Positions 10,609 through 19,815 of a stretch of DNA of 64,000 bases are shown one piece after another. The notes under the pieces are model-generated. The model searched no databases, was not told the DNA's origin, and was given only the letters and a program-made list of their open reading frames with translations. Origin of the DNA: an uncultured Actinomycetota bacterium (lineage in GTDB: Bacteria; Actinomycetota; Actinomycetes; Actinomycetales; Micrococcaceae); NCBI GenBank assembly GCA_963741265.1, contig CAVUHG010000010.1, positions 3,132 through 67,131 of the forward strand. Reading direction: 5' to 3'. The stretch's first letter is position 1; every line of letters begins with the position of its first letter. The position numbers were made by a program, and so were the translations under genes.

Positions 10609-10983
10609 ATGGCTCGTCTCGCTGGCGTAGACATTCCCCGCGAAAAGCGGCTGGAAATTGCGCTTACTTACATCTACGGCGTGGGCAAGACCCGTGCACA
10701 CGAAACCCTGGCTGCCACCGGCATCAGCGCGGACGTTCGGGTCAAGGACCTGTCCGACGCCGAGCTCGTCCAGCTGCGTGATTACATTGAAGGCAACTAC
10801 AAGGTTGAGGGTGACCTTCGCCGCGAAGTAGCAGCAGATATCCGCCGCAAGGTTGAAATCGGCAGCTACGAAGGTATTCGCCATCGCAAGGGCCTGCCAG
10901 TGCGCGGACAGCGTACGAAGACGAACGCACGTACCCGCAAGGGTCCGAAGCGCACCGTCGCAGGCAAGAAGAAGACCCGTTAA
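10609..10983 (+). CDS. rpsM: 30S ribosomal protein S13
   Basis: [10 protein letters not shown]...[18 protein letters not shown]. Confidence 0.97.
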   Translation: MARLAGVDIPREKRLEIALTYIYGVGKTRAHETLAATGISADVRVKDLSDAELVQLRDYIEGNYKVEGDLRREVAADIRRKVEIGSYEGIRHRKGLPVRGQRTKTNARTRKGPKRTVAGKKKTR

Positions 10984-11034
10984 ATCCTTCGGGATCAGCT
11001 CGTCTTCCCCCAATAACTTTCTGTAGGAGAAAAA

Positions 11035-11436
11035 ATGCCCCCGAAGACTCGTGGCGCGGTTCGCAAGCCGCGTAAGAAGGACAAAAAGAATATCGCGCTG
11101 GGCCAGGCGCACATCAAGAGCACCTTTAACAACACCATCGTGTCCATCACGGACCCGAACGGTGCTGTCATCTCCTGGGCTTCGTCCGGTGAGGTTGGCT
11201 TCAAGGGCTCACGTAAGTCCACCCCGTTCGCCGCCCAGATGGCTGCCGAAGCCGCCGCAAAGCGTGCACAGGAGCACGGTATGCGCAAGGTTGACGTTTT
11301 CGTCAAGGGACCGGGTTCCGGACGCGAAACGGCTATCCGTTCACTGCAGGCCGCTGGCCTCGAGGTTGGATCCATCCAGGATGTAACCCCCAGCGCCCAC
11401 AACGGCTGCCGTCCGCCGAAGCGCCGCCGCGTCTAA
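11035..11436 (+). CDS. rpsK: 30S ribosomal protein S11
   Basis: [13 protein letters not shown]; [12 protein letters not shown]. Confidence 0.97.
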   Translation: MPPKTRGAVRKPRKKDKKNIALGQAHIKSTFNNTIVSITDPNGAVISWASSGEVGFKGSRKSTPFAAQMAAEAAAKRAQEHGMRKVDVFVKGPGSGRETAIRSLQAAGLEVGSIQDVTPSAHNGCRPPKRRRV

Positions 11437-11569
11437 GGCTTTCCAGCGCTCAGGAGCTTGCCCGGACCCTTACCGGTCCGGGCAGGCCCAGCCGCGTTAA
11501 GTCTTCAGACCGATCTTTCCACCACCTGTGTTGCGTCATATAGCGGATGCTCGCCGAAAGGAAACCTAA

Positions 11570-12580
11570 GTGCTCATTGCACAGCGCCCCACCCTCTCCG
11601 AAGAGGTCGTCTCCGATAACCGCTCCCGTTTCATTATTGAACCGCTGGAGCCGGGCTTTGGTTACACCCTCGGAAACTCCCTCCGCCGTACCCTGCTCTC
11701 CTCCATCCCCGGTGCCTCTGTCACGAGCATCCGGATCGATGGCGTGCTGCACGAGTTCACCACGGTTCCGGGTGTCAAGGAAGATGTCACTGAGATCATC
11801 CTGAACATCAAGAACCTGTCGGTTTCCTCCGAGCACGACGAGCCGGTTGTTGCTTACCTGCGCAAGCAGGGCCCGGGAGTCGTCACCGCCGCGGACATCG
11901 CTCCGCCGGCCGGCGTCGAATTCCACAACCCGGATCTGCACATTGCCACGCTGAACTCGAAGGGCAAGTTCGAGCTCGAACTGACCATCGAGCGCGGCCG
12001 CGGCTACGTTTCGGCAGCTCAGAACAAGTCCGGCGATTCCGAGATTGGCCGCATTCCGGTCGACTCGATCTACTCGCCGGTCCTGAAGGTTACTTTCCGC
12101 GTGGAAGCTACCCGTGTTGAGCAGCGCACTGACTTCGACAAGCTCATTGTCGACGTCGAGACCAAGCAGGCCATCGCCCCGCGCGATGCCGTTGCTTCGG
12201 CAGGTACCACCCTGGTGGAACTGTTCGGTCTGGCCCGCGAGCTGAACACCGCAGCTGAAGGTATCGAGATTGGCCCGTCGCCGACGGATGCTGCCCTGGC
12301 AGCAGACATGGCCCTGCCGATCGAGGACCTGGACCTCACGGTCCGTTCCTACAACTGCCTCAAGCGTGAGGGCATCCACACCGTGGGTGAACTCGTGGCC
12401 CGCTCCGAGGCTGACCTCATGGACATCCGTAACTTCGGTGCGAAGTCCATCGATGAGGTCAAGGCAAAGCTGGTTGAACTGGGCCTGTCCCTCAAGGACT
12501 CGCCTCCCGGTTTTGACCTCGCAGCCCGTGCCGCAGCAATTGAAGAGGACGACGCCGCGTTCAGCGACGACGAACTCTAA
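11570..12580 (+). CDS. rpoA: RNA polymerase alpha subunit
   Basis: [25 protein letters not shown]; [11 protein letters not shown]. Confidence 0.98.
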   Translation: MLIAQRPTLSEEVVSDNRSRFIIEPLEPGFGYTLGNSLRRTLLSSIPGASVTSIRIDGVLHEFTTVPGVKEDVTEIILNIKNLSVSSEHDEPVVAYLRKQGPGVVTAADIAPPAGVEFHNPDLHIATLNSKGKFELELTIERGRGYVSAAQNKSGDSEIGRIPVDSIYSPVLKVTFRVEATRVEQRTDFDKLIVDVETKQAIAPRDAVASAGTTLVELFGLARELNTAAEGIEIGPSPTDAALAADMALPIEDLDLTVRSYNCLKREGIHTVGELVARSEADLMDIRNFGAKSIDEVKAKLVELGLSLKDSPPGFDLAARAAAIEEDDAAFSDDEL

Positions 12581-12657
12581 CAAACAGATCTTGGCCGGCC
12601 GGCTGGATGCACCACGGTGTGCGCAGCCCACTGGCTTCCAAATGAGGAGAAACTATT

Positions 12658-13224
12658 ATGCCTACCCCCGCTAAGGGTCCGCGCCTCGGAGGCGGAGCGG
12701 CTCACGAGCGTCTTATGCTCGCGAACCTGTCCGCAGCACTGTTCGAGCACAAGCGGATCACCACCACGGTGACCAAGGCCAAGCGACTGAAGCCGTACGC
12801 CGAGCGCCTGGTGACTTTCGCCAAGCGTGGCGACCTGTCTTCCCGCCGCCGTGTACTCGGCTTGATCAGCGACAAGGGCATCGTCCACGAGCTGTTCACC
12901 GACATTGCACAGGCAGTGGAGAACCGCAACGGCGGCTACACCCGCATCACCAAGATCGGCAACCGCAAGGGCGACAACGCTCCCATGGCTGTCATCGAAC
13001 TGGTTCTTGAGCCGGTTTCCGCAAAGCAGGCCGTTGTAGCCGAGGCTACTTCCGCTGCCAAGCGCGATGCTGACAAGAAGGACGCCGAAAAGGCCGAAGC
13101 AGCTCCGGTTGCCGAGACCGAAGAGGCTCCCGAGGCTGAGGTCGCTGAGACTGAAGCTGCAGCAACCGAAGAGGCTCCGGCCGCTGAGGAAGCAGACGCT
13201 GACTCCAAGAAGGACGCGAAGTAA
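12658..13224 (+). CDS. rplQ: 50S ribosomal protein L17 with acidic Ala/Glu tail
   Basis: ITTTVTKAK; [10 protein letters not shown]; GDNAPMA. Confidence 0.96.
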   Translation: MPTPAKGPRLGGGAAHERLMLANLSAALFEHKRITTTVTKAKRLKPYAERLVTFAKRGDLSSRRRVLGLISDKGIVHELFTDIAQAVENRNGGYTRITKIGNRKGDNAPMAVIELVLEPVSAKQAVVAEATSAAKRDADKKDAEKAEAAPVAETEEAPEAEVAETEAAATEEAPAAEEADADSKKDAK

Positions 13225-13255
13225 TTCGCTGATTTCTTCGCATAGACTTAAGTCT

Positions 13256-14158
13256 ATGAACGAGCTCAAACCCGCTGCCCCCGTCATGGGGGGCGGCGGG
13301 TTTTTGCGTATCCGCCTTGATCTTGCCTACGACGGCGGCCCGTTCAGCGGGTGGGCCGTGCAGCCGGGCCGGCGAACCGTCCAGGGCACTCTCGAAGACG
13401 CCCTGGCCATGCTGATCCGGCGTCCGATCCGGGTCACCGTTGCCGGCCGGACCGACGCGGGCGTGCACGCCCGCGGCCAGGTGGTCCATCTGGACCTCAG
13501 CGCGGAGGAGTGGCTGGGCCTGAACCGGGGCGTTGAACTGGATCCCGCCGTCGCCCTGCTCCGCCGGCTCCGCGGTGCCCTCAGCCGCGGGCTCGGGGAC
13601 CTGACAGGGTCCATCGAGGTGCACAAGGTCTCCATTGCACCCGAGGGGTTCGACGCACGGTTCTCCGCGCTCTGGCGCCGGTACAGCTACCGGATCGCGG
13701 ACGGTCCCGCCCTCTGGGATCCGCTGGGCCGGACCTCAACGCTGTGGCACAGGGAGCCGCTCGACGTCGGACTGCTCAACGAAGGCGCCTCGCAGCTGTT
13801 GGGGCTCCAGGATTTCCGGTCCTACTGCAAGCCCCGCGAGGGCGCCACCACCATCCGGGAATTGCAACGCTTCGAGTTTGCCCGTGGTTTTGACGGCGTG
13901 ATCGTCGCCACGGTCCAGGCGGACGCGTTCTGCCACAACATGGTGCGTTCACTCGTGGGCTCGGCCCTGTTCGTGGGAGAGGGCGTCGAGTCGCCCGGCT
14001 GGCTGCTGGACCGGCTGCTCGCCCGGCAGCGGGACGCCAAGTCCGTGCTGGCCGCCCCGCATCCGCTGGTGCTGGAGGAAGTGGATTACCCCTCGGACGC
14101 CGGTCTCCTGGCCCGGGCTGAACTGACCCGGGCGCTGCGCCAGGAGCAGGCCGGCTAG
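13256..14158 (+). CDS. truA: tRNA pseudouridine(38-40) synthase
   Basis: LAYDG, AGRTDAGVHARGQ, AFCHNMVR; start uncertain. Confidence 0.94.
   Translation: MNELKPAAPVMGGGGFLRIRLDLAYDGGPFSGWAVQPGRRTVQGTLEDALAMLIRRPIRVTVAGRTDAGVHARGQVVHLDLSAEEWLGLNRGVELDPAVALLRRLRGALSRGLGDLTGSIEVHKVSIAPEGFDARFSALWRRYSYRIADGPALWDPLGRTSTLWHREPLDVGLLNEGASQLLGLQDFRSYCKPREGATTIRELQRFEFARGFDGVIVATVQADAFCHNMVRSLVGSALFVGEGVESPGWLLDRLLARQRDAKSVLAAPHPLVLEEVDYPSDAGLLARAELTRALRQEQAG
13268..13305 (+). terminator. Terminator hairpin downstream of rplQ, overlapping the truA 5' end
   Basis: aaacccgctgccccc-gtcatg-gggggcggcggg-ttttt. Confidence 0.75.
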
Positions 14159-15366
14159 GAAGCTGAGGGCCCAGCGGTGGGGAGTTCCACTGTGAAAGTG
14201 CTTCCGAGGCCGGGGCGGGTGCTGCAGGAGACTGTTCCGCCGTGGCGCTCCACGATGGCCTTGGTGATCGAGAGCCCGAGTCCGGCCCCCGGAATGGATC
14301 CCTCCCGCACCGCCGGACTCCGGTAGAAGCGGGTAAAGACCTTCTCGGCGTCTGCCGCGGTCATGCCGATCCCGTCATCCTGGACCAGCAGGCGCACCGT
14401 ACCGCCCTCGGTACTGGCGGAAACCCGGACAGTGCCGCCGTCGGGGGAGTACTTGATGGCGTTGGACACGAGGTTGTCCAGCGCCTGGCTGATCCGCAGC
14501 GGATCCAGGTTGGCCCACAGCGGACGCGGGACATCCATGGAGAGGGCAACACTGGCGGACCGGGCGTGGGCGTGCGCCGAGCCGAGGCTGGCCTCCACGA
14601 TGCTGGCAAGGTCGGTCCGCCGCGGGCGGACGTGGACGGCCGAGTTCGCGGACATCAGCAGATCCGAGACGAGGGCCAGCAGCCGCTCCGCGTTACGTTG
14701 CGCGACCTCGATCCGGCGGACCGCCTGCGCCGGCAGCTGTTCCGGGTCGCTGAGGGCCAGATCCAGGTTGCCGATGATGGACGTCAAGGGATTCCGGAAC
14801 TCGTGGGAGACAGTGGAGACAACTTCGTCCTTGGCGGCCAGCGCCTCCATCAGCCCCGTCACCTCGTTGAACAGAACCACGGCCCCGGTGGATCCGCCGT
14901 CGTGGTCCGTTAAGCTGCGGGCCCCGGTGGACACCACCCGGGCCCCGGGGGACTCGCCGAAGCACACGAGGTAGTCCGCAAAGGTCTCGCCGGCGGCTGC
15001 GCGCCGGATGGGACGCCGGTCCGGCGGGAGGGGCGCATGCTGGGTGTGGCCGGTGAGCCGGAGCTCCGACTCTTGAGCCGAAAGGCCTGCGGGAGCCGCC
15101 GAGGCCTCCAGTTCAGACTGCCAGCGGTTGGTCAGCAGACGGTGGCCGGTCTTGTCGAGAGCCACGATTCCGACGTCGACAGTGTCCAGGATGGTGCGTA
15201 GAACGCGTTCGCGTTCCCGGCTTTCGGCGAGCCGGGCCCGGAGCCGGGACCGCACCAGAAGCCCGGCCGCAGTCACCGCGACCAGCAGGAGCGAGACAGC
15301 CACCAGGGCCACGGGAAGGACGGACAGGACACTGTCCGGGCCCTGGACCAGCTGAAATTCACCCAA
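14155..15366 (-). CDS. Sensor histidine kinase (1 TM, PAS-like region, HisKA, HATPase)
   Basis: H-box SHEFRNPL, N-box NLVSNAIKY, DDGIG, GAGLGL; start estimated at TTG 15366 after AAGGGGA. Confidence 0.88.
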   Translation of the reverse strand: MGEFQLVQGPDSVLSVLPVALVAVSLLLVAVTAAGLLVRSRLRARLAESRERERVLRTILDTVDVGIVALDKTGHRLLTNRWQSELEASAAPAGLSAQESELRLTGHTQHAPLPPDRRPIRRAAAGETFADYLVCFGESPGARVVSTGARSLTDHDGGSTGAVVLFNEVTGLMEALAAKDEVVSTVSHEFRNPLTSIIGNLDLALSDPEQLPAQAVRRIEVAQRNAERLLALVSDLLMSANSAVHVRPRRTDLASIVEASLGSAHAHARSASVALSMDVPRPLWANLDPLRISQALDNLVSNAIKYSPDGGTVRVSASTEGGTVRLLVQDDGIGMTAADAEKVFTRFYRSPAVREGSIPGAGLGLSITKAIVERHGGTVSCSTRPGLGSTFTVELPTAGPSAS

Positions 15367-15398
15367 TGAAGCCGTTCCCCTTCTTCTCTGATTCAGTT

Positions 15399-15426
15399 TT
15401 ACACCCTTGTCACACATACTTGACAC
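15399..15426. promoter_or_regulatory. Three TnACAC direct repeats at 11-bp spacing between divergent HK and RR
   Basis: TTACAC 15399, TCACAC 15410, TGACAC 15421. Confidence 0.5.
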
Positions 15427-15511
15427 AAAACTGGGTAATGTGGCTTCTGTTGCTGTGGCGGACGGCGCACCGGCGTCGGACAGCGGAGCAGCACCGGATG
15501 TGAGGGGGGCC

Positions 15512-16339
15512 ATGACCGACCTTGGAGTCGCCGTCGTTGTGGAAGACGACGAGGACGTGCGCAATCTTGTTGAAGCCGTGCTCAGCCAGGCGGGGTTCGA
15601 AGTCCATTCCGCGGCCGCCGGACGGGAGGGGGTCGACGTCGTCCGGCTCCGGGACGCCACTGTGGTGACCCTGGACGTGGGCCTGCCCGACATCGACGGC
15701 TACGAAGTGCTGCGCCGCATCCGGCAGTTCAGCGACGCCTACGTGGTGATGCTGACTGCCCGGACCGACGAACTCGACACCCTGACCGCGCTGCATACCG
15801 GTGCGGACGATTTCCTCAGCAAACCCTTCCGGCCCAGGGAATTACGCGCCCGGGTTGCGGCGATGATGCGCCGCCCCCGCCAGGACAGCAGGGCCACGCC
15901 GCCCGGGGGTTCATTCGTTTCCGGCCCGGACGCCGGCCGCCCGGAGGCCGCCGGCCCCGACGCCGCCGGCAGCGCCACGCCGGTCGACAATTCTGTGCTC
16001 CGCCACAACGGTCTGGCCCTGAACCCGGAAACCCGTTTGGTAGTGGTCGATGGTTCGGCCACGAGCCTGACCCGAAGCGAGTTCGACCTCCTGCATGCCC
16101 TGCTGAAGGGCGCCGGCGCGGTCCGGTCCAAGACCGAACTGGTCAGGGTGGTGCGGGGCGAGTATTACCGCGCCGACGCCTACATCAGCGAGTCGGACGA
16201 ACGGGCGGTGGAGGTCCATATCGGGAACCTCCGGCGCAAACTGGGCGAGAATCCGCTGGAGCCACGCTGGCTGCAGACTGTCCGCGGGGTGGGTTACCGT
16301 CTGGCGCCGGAGCGGGGTCAGCTCTCCCAGAGGACGTAG
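15512..16339 (+). CDS. OmpR/PhoB-family response regulator
   Basis: VVEDD, LDVGLPDIDG, KPF, LTRSEFDLL, VHIGNLRRKL, TVRGVGY. Confidence 0.93.
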   Translation: MTDLGVAVVVEDDEDVRNLVEAVLSQAGFEVHSAAAGREGVDVVRLRDATVVTLDVGLPDIDGYEVLRRIRQFSDAYVVMLTARTDELDTLTALHTGADDFLSKPFRPRELRARVAAMMRRPRQDSRATPPGGSFVSGPDAGRPEAAGPDAAGSATPVDNSVLRHNGLALNPETRLVVVDGSATSLTRSEFDLLHALLKGAGAVRSKTELVRVVRGEYYRADAYISESDERAVEVHIGNLRRKLGENPLEPRWLQTVRGVGYRLAPERGQLSQRT

Positions 16340-16803
16340 CTGAACTGGAGTTCGTCCATGGTCTCGCTGCCGCGTTCCGCCACATCGCGCAGCAGGGCGC
16401 GGGCCCGGTCCATCTCGCCGCCGCGGACGGCCTGCTCAAGCTCCGCCGCCAACTGAGCGAGACGGACGCCTCCCACCATCATCGAGGACGTCTTCAGGCT
16501 GAGCACGGCGTCGAGGACCGTGGCCGGGTCGCCGCCGGCGAGGGCAGCCGCAAGGGCACGGTAACGCTGCTGCCACATCTTCGTGTAGTCGCGGGCAAAG
16601 TCCTTGGCGACGGCGGGGCTGTCCAGTTGGACACCGAGGTCCTGAAGCGCCGCGGGATCCACGAGCGGTGGCGCGGCAACGGGACGTGCCGGTGGCGTGC
16701 TCGGCTCCGGTGAAGGCACCCTCAGCCCGGCACCGCCGGGGAGGCCATCGGGGGAGAGGGCCGCACTCACGTCGCCGTCATCTGGGGCACCTAGGAAGGA
16801 CAT
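16318..16803 (-). CDS. HPt-fold protein lacking the phospho-acceptor His (pseudo-HPt)
   Basis: LVDPAALQDL...AVLSLKTSSMMVGGVRLAQLAAELE matches the HPt pattern (H-x-L-K-G-S-S-x-x-x-G) with His replaced by Leu. Confidence 0.7.
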   Translation of the reverse strand: MSFLGAPDDGDVSAALSPDGLPGGAGLRVPSPEPSTPPARPVAAPPLVDPAALQDLGVQLDSPAVAKDFARDYTKMWQQRYRALAAALAGGDPATVLDAVLSLKTSSMMVGGVRLAQLAAELEQAVRGGEMDRARALLRDVAERGSETMDELQFSYVLWES

Positions 16804-16920
16804 GCGACCACGGTACTGCCTGGCCAGGATGATTTTTCACGCCCGGGGCTTTCCTGCGGAAACACTTCGGCATTCCTTGTGCCATCCCGCGCGGGCCGCC
16901 GGGCCGCGTTGCGTGAGAGT

Positions 16921-18333
16921 TCATACGGGGAGCCGGATCAGGCGGGAGTTGGAACTGATGGCATTGACCGCCGAGACAAAGATCGGACCCATTTCCGACC
17001 CGCTTGCTGCGCAGAAGAAGAAATCCCCGTCAGAGTTCTCGACAGCCCTCAACGCCGTGGTCGAACAGTCATTGTTGGACGTGCTGGCGTTGCCGTGGGA
17101 ATCCTTTGACGCCGCACTGGCCAGGACGTTCCGCACATAGTCGCCTGAACTGGTATTGCATCGTGCCGAGGTGGCGTCCCCAAACGCGACCGTGACGATC
17201 AGGAGGCCCGCCGCCTTGGCGTTGTCTGCGACCGCCTTGAAGTTGCTGCACGCGACAGTGCCGGTGCTGCTGCCGATGTCCACGGCGTCGGCCAATGCAG
17301 CGGTCCCACTGAAATTCTGCTCATTGGGCTGGCCATCGGTCTCGAAGATGATGGCCTTCTTTGCCGGGGTGGAGCGAGCCGGCAAGCTGCCCAGGTTGTT
17401 GGCATCCATGCCGAGCACGTAGCGGGCCGCGGACTTCAGCGGGGCCGCGAGGTGGGTGCCTCCACTCGACGCCGTGAGACAGTTCAGGCCCTTGACCAGC
17501 GTGCTGGCGGTGTTCAGGGGCGGCGTGGCGCCGGGAAGGGCAGGGTTCTGCGTGTAGTCGTTCGAGAACGGAACGGGAATCCAGGGACCCGTGTTGTCCG
17601 TGGACGGCGTGGTGATGCAGGTCCCGGGCGTCGTCTTGCTTCGGTGGATCGTGCCCAGTGACACGTATTGCTGCTCCCGGGTCATGGTCTGCAGGGTGCT
17701 CTTGATCCCGGCAACCATCAGGTCTCGATGCGCTGTGCTCATGCTGCCGGTCCGGTCCGCCACCAAGGCGATGTCCATGGGGTTCGGTATCTGGGCGCCG
17801 CACGATCCCTTGCAGGCGTCGGACGCGAGCGAGCCGGTGTTCCCGGCGTCGATCCCGATCGCGGGGGCAAAGTTGAACAACACATCTTTGTCGTCGGAAA
17901 CGGTGATCGAATTACACGAAATGCCGGTCCCTGGCGTACACGGAATGGCGCAGATTGATTCGTTGCACTTGGCCCCCGTGACCGTCCCGGGGTCGCAGAC
18001 GCTGGGAACCTGGCCGGCCACAATGGTCTTCGCTGCCCCGGTGGAAGCCACCACACACCAGAAGTGGACAGCCGGGTCCGCCTCGGGGTCGTTGGCGCGG
18101 GCAAAGGACACAGCAGCATTCCGGGCGGCAACGGGATCGCTCGGGAGTGAGGCGGCCCCGGCCAGGGCAGCAGCATCCAGGGCGTTGCTCAAATGCTGGC
18201 GCTCGTAGACCAGTTTGCCGACGTCAAGGGCCATGGCCAGCGAGGCAAACAGCACAGGCACCAGCAAGGCAAAGATGACCGTAGCAGCCCCGCGCTCCCG
18301 GGCGGACTGGTCATGCGGGGATTTGTGGCTCAC
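16921..18333 (-). CDS. TadG-like pseudopilin with C-terminal vWA domain (putative pilus-tip adhesin)
   Basis: ERG/AATVIFAL prepilin-like site, DAAALAGA, MIDAS-like DRTGSMS...GGT...TDG; GTG start after GAGGA. Confidence 0.8.
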   Translation of the reverse strand: MSHKSPHDQSARERGAATVIFALLVPVLFASLAMALDVGKLVYERQHLSNALDAAALAGAASLPSDPVAARNAAVSFARANDPEADPAVHFWCVVASTGAAKTIVAGQVPSVCDPGTVTGAKCNESICAIPCTPGTGISCNSITVSDDKDVLFNFAPAIGIDAGNTGSLASDACKGSCGAQIPNPMDIALVADRTGSMSTAHRDLMVAGIKSTLQTMTREQQYVSLGTIHRSKTTPGTCITTPSTDNTGPWIPVPFSNDYTQNPALPGATPPLNTASTLVKGLNCLTASSGGTHLAAPLKSAARYVLGMDANNLGSLPARSTPAKKAIIFETDGQPNEQNFSGTAALADAVDIGSSTGTVACSNFKAVADNAKAAGLLIVTVAFGDATSARCNTSSGDYVRNVLASAASKDSHGNASTSNNDCSTTALRAVENSDGDFFFCAASGSEMGPIFVSAVNAISSNSRLIRLPV

Positions 18334-18386
18334 TGAATCCTCGATTCGGTGGTCAGGAAGCGGTTGGCTCCGGAAAGTTTTGGGTG

Positions 18387-18842
18387 TCAGGGAGTACATG
18401 ATCCGCCACTCCAATGCTGGGAGCCCGCCGTCACAACTGCCGCGCTTTCCATTTTCATGACGGCTTTGGCCTCGAAAACGCCATCAAGCACCCAGTCGTA
18501 AAAACCGGTCAGGGAAGACTGAGGGTAGCGGAGGCAGACGACCATAAGACCGGGAGCGCCTGCTGAGGTATCCACGGCGAACTTCACCTGCAGCTTCGTG
18601 TCGTCCAGCAGGCCCCTGGCCTGATTGGCCGAAACTATAACGTCTCCCTGCGTCACACCCTGCCGGGCGCTTGCGCGCGCCGCACCCTGGAGACTGACGC
18701 TTTGCCCGAACGCCATGCCAAAATCAATGACCCCGAGAAGCATCGACAAAAGCAGCGGAAGAATCAGCGCGAATTCAACGGCCGCCGCGCCGCGCTGCGG
18801 ATGATCCCCAGCCGGTCCATGTGATGACCTGTGCCTGAACAT
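18387..18842 (-). CDS. tadE: TadE-family minor pilin
   Basis: QRGAAAVEFALILP...ARASARQG; GAAGGAG RBS. Confidence 0.85.
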   Translation of the reverse strand: MFRHRSSHGPAGDHPQRGAAAVEFALILPLLLSMLLGVIDFGMAFGQSVSLQGAARASARQGVTQGDVIVSANQARGLLDDTKLQVKFAVDTSAGAPGLMVVCLRYPQSSLTGFYDWVLDGVFEAKAVMKMESAAVVTAGSQHWSGGSCTP

Positions 18843-18927
18843 CTGCTGCTCCTTCAATCGGGTGGGTGAATTCCCGCCGGCTCCGACGAGCTGCGGGATT
18901 AATTGCCTTCGGGCCAGGGGCCGGTGC

Positions 18928-19803
18928 TCAATTGAATGTGGCGATGGCATTGATGACCGCCGGACCTAGGATGACGATAAACAGCGGTGGGAAAATGAAG
19001 AGCAGCAATGGAAATACCACGGCGACGGGGAGTTTCATGGCCTTCTCTTCAGCCCGGAGGCGCCGCTTGATGCGCATCTGGTCGGCCTGGGGCTTCAGGA
19101 CCCGGGCCACCGAAAGGCCTTGCACGTCGGCCTGGATGACAGCGCTCACGAAACTCTTCAGGTCCTGGACGCTGGACCGCGCGGCCATGGCCCGGTAGGC
19201 ATCCCGGCGGGTACTTCCGGCCTGGATATCCTGCAGGGTGCGCACCATCTCTTCCGCCAGCGGGCCGTTGCCACTGGCCCCGACACGGGCCATCGCGACC
19301 TCGAACCCGAGACCGGCTTCAACCGAGATCAGCAGCTGGTCCAGGACATTCGGCAGATCGAGCTGCAGCCTCGCCTGGCGCTTGGTGCCGTTGTTGTACA
19401 CGAGCAAGTCCGGAAGGAAATAGCAGACTGCCGTGAAGCAAATGCCCAGCAGGGCTGACTGCGGGGTCTTGGTGGCACCGAACAGAAGCGCCAGGAGAGC
19501 CCCGCCGAAGGCTGCCAGCGGTTTCAGTGCGAGTAGGCGGTCCAACGGCATGGACGCCGGCCGGCCGGCATTCCCGAGCAGCCGGTCCAGGCGGGATACA
19601 TAGGCGGCAGGTGTCAGCCTCCGGGCCAGGAGTGCCATCCGGTTCGGGCCTGCGGGAGCGCTGCCGGCCTGGCGGCTGGAGACGGCGGACAGCCGGGACT
19701 GGATCAGCCGGCCGGAGGCCCGGTCCACACCCACAATGGACCAGGCCAGGTACGACAGGGGCAGGACGACACTGGCAATCAGCAACCAGACGGTGGTGGT
19801 CAT
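18928..19803 (-). CDS. tadC: Tad pilus platform protein TadC (T2SSF family)
   Basis: VEAGLGF, RAEEKAMKLPV..FPLL...GPA. Confidence 0.88.
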   Translation of the reverse strand: MTTTVWLLIASVVLPLSYLAWSIVGVDRASGRLIQSRLSAVSSRQAGSAPAGPNRMALLARRLTPAAYVSRLDRLLGNAGRPASMPLDRLLALKPLAAFGGALLALLFGATKTPQSALLGICFTAVCYFLPDLLVYNNGTKRQARLQLDLPNVLDQLLISVEAGLGFEVAMARVGASGNGPLAEEMVRTLQDIQAGSTRRDAYRAMAARSSVQDLKSFVSAVIQADVQGLSVARVLKPQADQMRIKRRLRAEEKAMKLPVAVVFPLLLFIFPPLFIVILGPAVINAIATFN

Positions 19804-19815
19804 GGATTCAGCTCC

